Positions 49,048 to 60,364 of a stretch of 64,000 nucleotides of DNA are shown piece after piece. Position 1 is the stretch's first letter; every line of letters starts with the position of its first letter. The translations under genes and the position numbers were made by a program. A model generated the notes under the pieces. The model worked only from the letters and a program-made list of their open reading frames with translations, searched no databases and had not been told where the DNA came from. Source of the stretch: Felis catus (lineage: Eukaryota); contig NC_058368.1 of assembly GCF_018350175.1 (NCBI RefSeq), forward strand, positions 82,214,001 to 82,278,000. Direction: 5' to 3'.

Positions 49048-52000
49048 GTAACCTTCCTTGTTTACGTCAGGATGTTTGCAGGGTGTTAGACACCCGCATG
49101 GGACTTCTGCAACCTGTTTATGTACCTATTTCTATTTATGCAGCAAGAAGTTGCCATAAAAATTGGGGTCTGCGGAGAAATCTTATTAAAAAGAGGGAAA
49201 GTTTGCACTTGGGGACATTGATTTGCTGACTGGCTGCCATGGTCTGGGGGCGCTCAAATGCCCTCAGGGGAGGGTGAACCCCACTTTGACTCCACGGGAA
49301 AGGCACAGGTGCCCAGCAGGTTAGCGAACTTAAAGGCAACACCCAAATGAGACATTTGGGAAGAAGGTTACTGTTGATACCAAAGCCTCGAACTGCCGTG
49401 TCGCAGTGCGCTGCTCTGGAAATGCCCCTTGGTCGAGGAGTGTCTCCATCGGGCACGTCCAGCACAGCACTGCCTTCTGCCCAGAAAGCTCTAGCACTGC
49501 ATCTGTACCCGCCACCGGCTCCGTGCGACCCCAGCAAGGCTGAGCGCGTCAAGAAGCACATCACAAAGTCTGCAGGGAAACTGAGAGTGGAGCACAGAGA
49601 GCAGGGGCCGCACATCACTGCATAGCTGCTTTAGTGACAGTGCCCTCGCTGTTCCGAGAGAGGGCCCACTCGGCCTCCTTTCCCGTCCACCCCCCCTCCC
49701 CTCCCTGGCCATCTGTCCTGTGTCTGGTCTGTCTGTCCCTGTCCCTGTTTCTCTGTGTTTCTGTCCCTCTTGCCCACTCCCTTCACCGCAGCCCCTTCTA
49801 GTGCCAGGCGGGCTCCGCTGTGCTGAGTGCTGAGTGATTACCTCCACCCATTGTTCCCCCAGAGGAGTGCTCGTGAGGTCGACAGGCACGAGCTCCCCTG
49901 ATCAAGTTCCAGGCCACATTGTTCCGGGAGGACCCATCTCGCTGACACGCGTGTCACTTGTGTCCTGCCTGCAGGGCTCCGTGCAGTGTGTCCTGGCTAG
50001 AAATGAAAATCCCGCAGGCGTGTTATCTAATAGACAAGCTTGCTCTACCCTTCCTCAGGTTAGGGCTCTTGACCTGCTGAGGACTGAGCTATCGAACCAG
50101 GCGACAGCCGCACGTGTTTTGCTTTGGTTCTTCACACCCGGTGTTGTCAAGGGGGTTCAGGCGACTGTCCTGCCCCCGAGAGGCCTGTGCACACGCAGGA
50201 CCTTGCTTTTCCACTGCTCAGGACTGTCTGTCTGTCTCGGGCTCTAAGCAACACAGAAGTGGACCGTTTGAGACTATGTCTTTCCTTTTTTGCATTTTTG
50301 TACCTCAGTGATGTTCACGTGGACTGGGTCCCTGACCCCCTGCCCTATGGCAGGCCCTGCGGAGTCATGAGACCCCGTGGAGGGCCTGCCGGCTGCAGTT
50401 AGTCCCGGGCAGGGGGAGCGACCCTGGGATCCCAGCAGCAGGAGCGCCGAGGGCCCCAGCCCAGCTCTGAGAAGAGGCCGTGTGTGAGCAGCGTGAGCAG
50501 AGAGGGGCGGCTTGGGTCCCAGCGTGAAGGAGGGCCCCCCGGCCTGGGTGCAGAGGTGGCATCCAGCACGGGCGCCCTGGAGGGGCAAGACCTCCGGCCG
50601 GAGACCCCAGGGGCGGAGACCGGCCTCTTCTCAGCAGTGTGGGTGCCCACCCTCGCAGGACAGGAAGGCCCTAGGCCCACGCACGGCCGGCAGGCAGGCA
50701 GGCTGTTAGCTTCTGTGTCCTCCTATGGAGCCTGCTCTTCACCCCCATCCGTCAGGCACCCAAATCACGCGTCCCTGAAATACCGCTGCACCCATTCCTT
50801 TGTATTAACGAGGCATTGGAGCCGTGACTCAGGCTGCCAAAATGGATGCCAGTGTCTGTGCGGCCTGAGGGAGCCTCTTTATGGCCTGCAGACAGCTGCC
50901 TGCTTGCTGGGTCCCCATGTGGCCTTCCCTGGTGTGCAGTGTGCTTGGGGACAGAGACAGAAGCGGAGACCAAGATGGAAGACAGAGGAATGGAGGCCGG
51001 CGGGGACTCCTGTGTCCTCCTCTTCTTCCTGGCACAGTCCTGCTGGGTCAGGCGTCCGCCCTGTGACCTCACATCATCCCCTGCACCCCCTGGATGCCGT
51101 CTCTGGGCACGCTCACGTGAGGTTATAGCCTCAGCATGTGAATTGGGGGTGGCTTGACTGTTCAAGCTCCAGAGGCAGAGTCAAGTAGGGCCGGTGAGCC
51201 TGCGTGGCCACCATGCCGTCCTGTACGACCACCTCAACGGCTAATTCCCGGGCCCTTCTCGCTTTACAAACGAAGCCAGTGACCTGAGTTTTCTTGTTAC
51301 ACACTTTTCAGCAAGGATTTCATTCTCTCCTTGGGTCCCCCTCCCTGGGACGCAGAGAGGAATTCAGAAGTGGGTACTGCCTGTTCCTCATTCTTGGAGG
51401 TGCCTTGGAGGCGATGGGCACATGTGGGGTGTGATGGCTCACGTGCGAGGTGACCACGTGCCACGTTCTCATTCATCCCCCAAATGCACATCTGCAGATA
51501 GAGGCCGGGAGGCGTGTGATGGGTGTGCAGAGCCTGTCCCGCTGTGCCATCCCAGGGATACCCTCAGCACTTGGTGGAAACGCAAATAATGAGTGGCCGT
51601 AAGCAGAACAGCTACAGGGCGACTGGTGTGCCCTCTTGTCACCAGTGCACATGGCAGTTGTGCCAACGTGGATTGGGTCTCTGTCCCTGAGCATCGTGTG
51701 GTCCTGTGATGATCCGTGTCTCCACCCTCAGAGTAGAACACCTCTGCTGTCTGGTTTGTGTGCCTCCCGGTGCAGCCGGGGCCCGCAGGGTCCGCAGCGC
51801 TGCACCATGTGCCTGGCATGGGACCCCACTTATCCTCGGGAGAGGGGAGGCCCCTGAGCTTTGAAGCAGGGCAGTGACACAACCACGTCCTGGGGGCGGG
51901 GGATGCAGGTGAGCAGGGACCACCGCTCCCTGGTCACATCCATGTGACGGGCTTGGTCAGGTGTGTCCCTCCGCGTTGTGGGCTTGTTTCCATTGGGGGG

Positions 52001-52934
52001 GTGTGGGTGGCAGCGTGGTGAGTATGAGGAACACAGGTACAGCCAGAGGTGGTCTTGGACTCATGGCGTAGGAGGGCTAGGGGTCGAGGACTCGGGAGAC
52101 AGCTCGGTAGGAGAGAGGCCAGGTGTGCCCTAGGCAGTCGTCGGGGCTCGGGGAGCACTGCGGGTCTGGGAGGTGGAGGCTGGGCAGAGCCAGGAAGTGG
52201 GGGAGGAGGCTGGGGCTCCAGGCAGGTGCTCGACAGCAGTCCCCAGCACTGTGCTAGGGGTGGCCTGGGCGGGTGCTGCTGAATTTGGAGAAAGAGGAAA
52301 CTGTTCTCGGAGCAAATGGGTCCTTACTTATATCTGTATCTCTGAGTAAAACAAGTAGACACATGAAGGGGCCACATGTGTCATGACATGGGGTCCATGC
52401 GCTCGTGAGGAGAAGGCCCAGTCAGCCCTGAGCTCCTCAGGGATGGGGGGCCGGGTACACACCAGTCCTGCCCGGCCGCTGAGTAAAGAAGGGCCCACCA
52501 GCACCCGTCCCTCGTCTTGGTACTGCAGGCACTGACGGCAGCAGGAGGAACATGTACGGCAGGGCAGCCGGTGGCCATGTGGCCAGGATTCCTCTCCTGT
52601 GGCTTCCCCCCCACCACCCCCAGTTTCTAGGCCCCGGGGGTGTCTGCATCTTGGACAGAATGTTTTCACAGAGGAAAGCAGACTTCGCGGCTGCTTGCTG
52701 TCACTTTTTGCCGAGTCCTGGGAGAGAAGTCTGGTAGAGGGAGGCACTGGCGCCCGGGCCGCTTTCCCCACGGTGAACACTGGCATAAGCCATAAACACA
52801 GGGTGCCGCAGGGTCGCGCTCACAGGTGCCCTCGTCTGTGGAGAGGACATGAGGAAGCCTGAGGGTCATGGGCTCTGCTGAGGACGGGCCGTGTAGTCCT
52901 CCGAGAATGACCATGTCCCTCCTTCCCTGCACAG

Positions 52935-53014
52935 GCCTCCACGTGTTCCCCACTTTCGTGGCGTACGAGCTCACTGTCCTGATGGTCCTCACGCTGTCGG
53001 TGGTGATCATGAAG
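52935..53014 (+). CDS. TMCO3: TMCO3 exon 11
   Basis: gcacag|GC...AAG|gtactg; LHVFPTFVAYELTVLMVLTLSVVIMK; 80 nt, phase 1-0. Confidence 0.95.
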
Positions 53015-53917
53015 GTACTGATTCTTCTTTGTGGTAAAATTTCTGTCATGTTGGTTGTATGTGACCCTGAGTCTGCAAAGCGTATCACGGCCACTTACCC
53101 GGAGCCCCTCCCCTCGCCCAGCAGTCTGTGGACTGGGTGAGTTAGGACCAGGCCGTCGGGTTTGTTTTCCTACACCTGTCTCAGAACTGGGCATATTGGG
53201 AATTGGGAGTCACAAAAGCTGGACCAGGAGAAGGCACTCTGGGCGGCCCGTCTCCACAGGACCCTTGCTCCTGGCCTTTTCTCCCGCATGAGTCCAAAGA
53301 CCCACAGGCCAGTGAGTAGCACGTACACATGTACATCTTGTCGTTCGTGTGTTTTGAAAGTATCGTTGTGTTTGTACTCACTGAGTGGGCTATCAGGAGA
53401 AGACAGGACTGGGGAACACCAGGTGGGAGAGACACACAGGGCAGGGAGTGCGGGACGGGGCTCAGAGCCCCCCGCCTGTGCCAGCCCCTTGCAGACCACA
53501 GTTCCCTCACAACCACAGACGATTGAGTTGTGTTAGCATTTATTTCAGGGTCCGATTACCTGTTCAGTAGCTGCCTGGCTCTGAGGATGATAAAAGTTGA
53601 TTTCAGATATTTCTACTGGAAGGAGTCAGAATCCCTGCTGGGCCTCCAGCCCCAGCTGCTCCCCCCTAGCTTTGCTTACAAGAGAGAGACCATGCTGTCA
53701 TTGGAAAGTAAAATTCTTTCTTGAATGCTGCTGACTGGTGTGGGGGGAAAGCCTAGTTAGCTGCCCGTGAACCCCTACCCTTGATTGCGCATTTTTCAGC
53801 CTGGTCTCATTTCAGACACTCTGTGTTCATTGGGTGCCTCTGCACGTGTCCCCTCGGTGTCAGGAGGGCCCCCCTCTGTTTTCTGCGTGGCAGTCAGTAA
53901 CGCGGATGCTCTTGCAG

Positions 53918-54067
53918 TTTGCCCTGGCCGCCCTGGTCTTGTCTGTCCTCCTGCCGAAGAGCAGCCAGTACATCAAGTGGATTGTGGCTGCAGGGCTGGC
54001 ACAGGTCAGCGAGTTCTCTTTTGTCCTGGGGAGCAGAGCACGCAGAGCTGGGATCATTTCTCGGGAG
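53918..54067 (+). CDS. TMCO3: TMCO3 exon 12
   Basis: cttgcag|TTT...GAG|gtgagt; [50 protein letters not shown], with the CPA2 L.Q..EF.FV motif; 150 nt. Confidence 0.97.
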
Positions 54068-55920
54068 GTGAGTCCACACACACCCTCTGTGCGTGTTTAG
54101 GGTGCCCCGTCCTTCACACCCCCCACGCTGGCATTTGAGCACCTTCCCTGCAGCTGCTTGCAGCTGGCATGGGTCTGGGGGGTCTGCCTCTGGGCGGCTG
54201 CGGAGGTGGGGTCCTGCTGCCTCTCACACAGGTGTGCAGGTTTGGGGTCAAAGTCTCCAGAACTGTCAGCATGCCCTCTGCAGCAGAGACTGTGAAGTCT
54301 CTGTCATATCTCTGGCAAAAAGAAGAAAACTAAATCTTAAAGCGCCATCGCCAGTTTGCGTATTAGTAATGGCCTTGGTGCACGGCTATCAGCCAGGCTG
54401 ACGGCCGTATCCTTCCTGATGCACGCGTGAGGGGTGTCATCGCATCTTGGGTTTCACGCAGAAACCATGTAAAAGGCACAACTGGAACGTTGTTTTGTGA
54501 AGGTACCCTGTTGGTTTAGGGGTTTTTCTTGCAAAGTACATGGCAGCATTTGCCCACTTGTAAAAGGGAGTGAGAGTCGCTGTCAGAAGTGCTTCTGATG
54601 AGGTCCCTCCTCCCCCTACCACAGTTTTAAGTGCATGCAGCCCTGGGCCTTCTGCATAGCTCCTGAAGGTGAGCCCCCCACTTCCCATTGGCCTTCTTCG
54701 CCTCTGTCTCTGGTCCGTTCATCCTGGGCCTGGCTCTCTCGTGTGCCCTGTGCTGGCTGTGCACACGCCTGTGTGCGTGAGTTCCTGTGCACACCCACCT
54801 GATCCTGTGCGCTTTCCTTACTTTCTGTCCAGTTTTGTCATGTGCTCTTTTCAAACTGGCCGTGAATTAGAACTTGAGGAGTGTCATCTGATGGCCCGTG
54901 CTTGTTACTTTAAATTTGGCAAGCAGGACGTTTGTGTTTGGCTGTGGTCTGTGGGTGGTGGCCCCCCCACCCCAGGGGCAAATAGGCCACGGTCTGTTGT
55001 CTGCCATGGCAGGAGTTAGTGTCCTTCAGGACAGGGCCAGGTGACCAATTCAGTGTTAGCCCCGAGTGGTCTGAGGACAGGTGACGTGCTAACTAGGAAC
55101 GTTTCACAACTAAAGTAGAGAGTCGCTGTTTGAGTAAAAGCCGGGTAGATGTTACAGGAACTTTGTTGTTGATGCAGGGATAAATGTCGGGTGACAGCAT
55201 AGAGGGAGCCTGGACCCCCTGCTCTGAACGGGTGGCTCTCTGAGAGATAGCCTGTGTGCTGTGGCCGGAAGACCACACACCTTTCACACACTCGCAGCCG
55301 TGGGGACCAGCTCACATCTGTAGTTCTCAGCTTAGAAACACTGTGGTTTGTACACATACAAGTTCATGAATGGTAGTTCCTACTTAAAATTGATTTGACC
55401 CTTTACCCTTCTGCATCTGTTTTCATTTTGCCCTTTCTGATGCCTATGCGAGCACGTGTGAACTTGTGGGGCTGTCCTTGAAGCCAGGACAGGAGTCTGC
55501 CTCCTGCCCTCAGTCTGCTGCCCCCCTTAACAGCGAGCACCCCTCCCTGGGGAATCCTGTTGCCAGTAAGGCTCGCCTCACCACGTGACGCCCCCAGTAT
55601 TCGCTTCTGCACACCTGCTCCCTAAATTGGGCCGAATGAATGTGGAAGTTCCTCTGAGTACCTGTGACCTGCTAGTAAACTCTCAGGATTAAAGTTGTCT
55701 CCTTGTGTCTGTGAGTGTGAGGAAGACAGGATGAGTCTAGATACTGACACCGCTGTGGAAGAATGAACTCTGCACAGGCTCTGTCCAAGACCTGTCCTGA
55801 GGCTGTGTGCTCCCCGTGAGAGCCTCCAGGGGGTCAGCCCGAGGGTGACCCAGTGTGCACCATGATGCATCATCTCAGGGCACCTCACATCCAAATCTAC
55901 CTGTGCCTGTGGCCATACAG

Positions 55921-56063
55921 GGTGTGCAGGTGCACCTTGGTCCTGAGTGTGACCACCCCAGCCTTACCTGTTGCAAATGTACTTCCTAGTCCTGAGTGTG
56001 ACAGTCTTACTTGTTGCAGGTGTATCTCCTAATCCTGAGTGTGACCACCCTCAGTCTTTTACT
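55921..56063 (+). repeat. Three imperfect tandem copies (~43-50 bp) of the exon-13 acceptor/start
   Basis: TCCTGAGTGTGAC occurs three times (55941, 55990, 56033), each preceded by TGCA(G/A) and followed by CAG(C/T)CTT. Confidence 0.85.
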
Positions 56064-56133
56064 GGCCCCAGTTCTGTGGAAAGCCGCAATCACAAGGTGC
56101 GTGCCTCGGCCAGAGAGACGGTCAAGTCTTTGA
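56020..56133 (+). CDS. TMCO3: TMCO3 terminal coding exon 13
   Basis: ttgttgcag|GTG TAT...; [40 protein letters not shown]. The 12 coding exons sum to 2034 nt = 677 aa plus stop, all in frame. Confidence 0.95.
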   Translation: MYLLILSVTTLSLLLAPVLWKAAITRCVPRPERRSSL

Positions 56134-56532
56134 GGCACCAAGAGGGTACACAGCTTCGGGAGCTGACCCCCGTGTGGAACCGGACACTTGGGACACGTCC
56201 AGACCGCATGTCCCTGTGAGCCCCTTGCCTCGGGGACAGAGCGCTCCATTGGAGGGGGCTTCCTGTCTGCCCAGTGTGACAACTATTACTGCTATGGTTT
56301 CGAGACTTCCAGACTAATTTGTTACATTCAGTTGATCATGCACAGTATATAATACACGCTGCACCTTACGGATCACCTTGACTGTTCTGCCTGGATGTGC
56401 CTTTTTTCCTGAAGTTAATGTTAACTTTCTATTGTCAATTCATCAGTTCATGATTTTTTGGTAAAAAAAAAAAATCAGAAGGGTTTTTATTTATTTAGCT
56501 TTTGTGTCATAATCTGTTGGTCACTATTCATG

Positions 56533-56772
56533 ATTAAACATTTCTGTGATGTGCAATTTTAATTCTAGCAGTGAGTTTGGAAAGTAAGTTTAATCCTTAC
56601 TGCCTGTGTTTTCTAAAATGACAAATACCTTCTAAATGTCTATTTGTTTTTATTACAATAATTTTAAATAAAACACTCATGTCATTTTTTAAATTAGGTA
56701 TATCATTCTTTTAAAATAATTGTTTTGAAAAAAATATTTGTTTTGAATCACAAGTATGCATGCTTTAATAAA
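56533..56772 (+). terminator. Candidate TMCO3 polyadenylation signals (ATTAAA 56533, AATAAA 56667, AATAAA 56767)
   Basis: Hexamers in an AT-rich 3' UTR segment with T-rich sequence downstream. Which one is used cannot be determined from sequence. Confidence 0.6.
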
Positions 56773-59679
56773 GATTATTTATGATCAGAGTAATTATTTG
56801 AAATTTATTCGAATTTTTTTAGATTTCTGTGTTAGATTAATCTTTGCCAATTCTTAAAAATTTGGATGATTTGTATTTTGCCACATTATTCTCTAAGAGA
56901 CCAAATTAATACAGTGCTATTTGCAAAACCTAAGTTGTACCTTTGAATTTTAAAGTGTATTTGGTGATTGTATGCTCCGTTTCAGCAAACCCATGGCTGA
57001 AGACCTGATTCTTACAGATCTCCCTGAGGGGAGCTCAGAGTGGAGTGTTCCTAGAACTATTGGCTTTAAGAGCCTCACAATTTGACCAAAACCCTTGGAG
57101 TACAGGGACAGACCCCTTAGGTATAATTCTGTGTCGTAGGTACAATTATGGAGTGCGGTGACATAAATTCAAACACTTGAAGGTGAAGTGAAGTGTATCT
57201 AGTCGGAAGTGAGTCAGTGGAGAAATGATGTAAACATCTGCCTTGAAAACAGCATTGGTTTTATTTATTTCTGTGTTGTAGTAGGTGAGTGCCACTCCCT
57301 CCGGACCACTGGTGTGGACACAGCACAGCAGGCTCATCTGACGGTCTGTGAGGCTTTATCTCACCTGTCCGCGTGCTTCTGGCCCAGCAATCTGGAATCC
57401 ACCGAGGGCCGGTCTCTGGGGTGCGTTTTATTCCATTTGATATCTCCAGCACCCAAGAGCAGAGCCAGGAGCTCACCACATCTTGTTGACAGTTTGGCCC
57501 CAGAACGTGGCGTGTGACGCTAATGTCACAGCGTGAGAATGGCTCATAAAGATGCCAAGAGGACATGCCTCCTGAAGACCTCTGCCTGCAGGACACTCTC
57601 CTTGGAGGGTCCCAGAGCCTCTCCCTCCCCCCACCGGATTGGGTCCAATGCTCACTCTCCCTTCCCCATCCGGACTTGCAGGGCACAGAGCTCTTGGTCT
57701 TCACACGCACCCCTTGGCCTTCACACGCACCCCTGCAGACCGCCTGTGTGCGTGGGTGTGGCTAGAAAGTGTGGGGCAAGTCCTGCCGTAGAGCTCTGTA
57801 GAGCCACAAAGAACGAAAGCCACCAGCTGAAAGCAAGTGCCTCATTGGGTCCCCTGCATGCTCACCTGGGTGGTCAGCGGGCACACCCTGAGCTGTAGCC
57901 CGACACTGCTGACCCCCTGTGTTCCAACCTGCTGGCACCTGGAGGCCTTCCTCTCCGTGGGCCTGAGCGCCGCCCCCTAAACCTCCTTGACAGGGCGAGG
58001 TAGACCCCTCCCTCGGTCTGCAGCCCCACACGAAGAATTCCTCTCAGCCTGAAGGAACCCACTGGATGGCGTGCAGGACCGGCACTGTGTCCCCTCACGG
58101 AGGAAGGTGAAGACAGCGCACCTCTCATGGGAGGTCAGTGGGGAGAGGAGCTTGCATTGATTTGCTCACACGACAGACACAGGCGAGCCTTCGTGAAGCA
58201 CGGCCCACGCACATGGCAGGCAGGGAGGTCGCAGGTGGAGGCAGAGCCTGGCCTGTGCAGGAGACACGCCAAGGAATGGCCAACGACACCCAGGAAGCGG
58301 GCGGGTCAGAGCGCCTGGGGGAGGCATGGGGGCGCGGCGCTAGCAGGTGCTCAGTGGACAGAGGTCAGCGTGCAGGGCGCCTCCCCCACAGCCCCTGGCC
58401 ACAGGCCCTGGACGTGGTGCAGCAGAGTGCCCCTGGCGTCGCCCTCGGAGCATGAATCCGTGGTTGGAGTGGCCGAGCGCCAGACCCCAGCCAGCAAGGC
58501 AGCGAGGCAGCGAGGCTTCGCGGCTTCACGTCCTGTGGGAGGGCACAGAGGCGACCAGCATCTGCTAAGGACACAATGTCTCCTGGGCCCCAAATGGTCC
58601 TGATGTGCCGGAGCCGAGGATGGGGAAGGTGGGGCAGGCTCAGGAGCAGCTGCAGGGCACGTATGGCAGCCCTGGTGCCGGGAACCCGCGGGGCACAGGC
58701 ACGGTAGAGCTGTGGCCTGGGGTGAGGCCAGGGCCCCCCATCGGGCATGTGCAGGTGGTGGTTCCTCCGGGAGACCGGCAGGGACAGGCATTCGAGGACA
58801 CTCCTGTGACGGTGAAGAAGAAGAGGCCAGGGCAAGCGGGCTCTGTGGGGTGGGCGACTGCTCTGGTGTCCGACTCTGGAGCTCTTGCTGGCTCCCCGGC
58901 ACCCCTGGGTCATTGCTGCTGCCCGGCCTTGGCCTGAGGCCTGAATGTCGGGAGGCCCTTCCACTCCACCCAGTCCAGATCTCGTACATCTGTCAGCCGA
59001 GACCCCAGAGCCCCATGCTCCTCCTCTGTGATCGCAGCCCTGGCCCTGCCATACGTCCTCAGCCATCTGGGAAATTGCTAGCACCCCGCCCACCCGGGGC
59101 CGCGGCTTCAGGACGCCTTGTGCAGCTGCACCTGCGCCAACACTTGGCTCCAAGACTGGCCGTGGAAAGTCCGTGCCCCTGTGCTCACAAGATGGATGGA
59201 GAAATCAGCTGGGCCCGTTTCCATCATCTCATCCAGGAAGAGCGAGTCCTGCCTTTCCCTGAGAGCAAGCAGGGCCTGGTGTCCTCACTGCTGTCCCACT
59301 GGTGTCCTCGCTGACGTCCCTCGCCTGGTGAGAGGAGCCCTTTGCTTTGCTGGGTTTAGGGATGGACGGTGCACATGAGGCATGTGCTGAAGGGTCGAGC
59401 GGCTGTCAGCCGATGGCAGGGCCCCTGCCCCACCACCCCAGGGGCTCGTGAGGGCTCCAACTGAACCCTAACCCTGACCCTGCTGCCTGCAGAGCCTGCC
59501 CACACCTGCCTTTGCAGCATGAAGAATCAAGAAACACTGCATGTTGTTTAGGAATTTGGGGGAAACACGCCTGGGGAAGGCTGATGGCAGGCCCTTCTAG
59601 AGGAGCCAGCTTCACCCACATCCTCTGTGCTTGCAGTGAGGACACTTGCTGCCTTTACAACCTCCCGTTAGGGCCACTG

Positions 59680-59845
59680 GGCGGCTCAGGTCACAATCTC
59701 AAGGTTCATGGGCTCAAGTCCTGCCTTGGGCTCTGTGCTGACAGCGCGGAGTTGGGATTCTCTCTCTTTCCCTCTCTCTCAGCCCCTCCCCTACTGGCTC
59801 GCTCTCGAAATACGAAAATAAACATTAAAAACAATAAAAAATATA
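59680..59845 (+). mobile_element. 5'-truncated Can-SINE
   Basis: ggctcaggtcacaatctc...gggctctgtgctgacagc...aataaacattaaaa. Confidence 0.88.
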
Positions 59846-60248
59846 TAAACCTCCTGTCAGAAGCTGTTCCTCACATTCAGGCCATGTCTGTGTCGTGTCT
59901 GCGTAGGCGTGGTCGCCACAGGAAACCATGCGGCTGCCGAGGCGCCCCTGCCTCCTGGGCCCTGCAGAGTTCACCACGTGCTCGCTTCCTTCCCTGAGGC
60001 GCGAATGCTCTCGCAGAATCGCTACTTGCTGTGGTCTTTTTCTTGACCATGTTTCTGACTCATCCTGATGCGGAGTTTGATGCAGACATTCTCACTGCCC
60101 TGACTGTCCCTGCCGAGAAGACAGTCACCTCCAGTTTCCCAACATTGTCCCATGGAATAGTTTGGGAAACGCTTAGCCAGAGAGGAGGCAGGGGTTCTTC
60201 ATGCAAGGTGTCGGGGATCCTTGACTTTGGCAAGCAGACACAGAATTG

Positions 60249-60364
60249 CAGCTGTGCGTGCAGGTGCGTGCCCAGGTGTGTGCACAGGTGTACATGCAGG
60301 TGTGCGCCCAGGTGTGTGCATGCAGGTGTGTGCCCAGGTGTGGGCTCAGGTGTGCTTGCAGGTG
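60249..60364 (+). repeat. 12-bp minisatellite with CAGGTG core, 10 units
   Basis: CAGCTG at 60249; CAGGTG at 60261, 60273, 60285, 60297, 60309, 60323, 60335, 60347 and 60359. Confidence 0.9.

Noticed and set aside
58127..59378. Cluster of 150-260 aa ORFs downstream of TMCO3
   Set aside because: GC-rich intergenic sequence, overlapping frames on both strands, low-complexity composition and no family similarity that I recognise.
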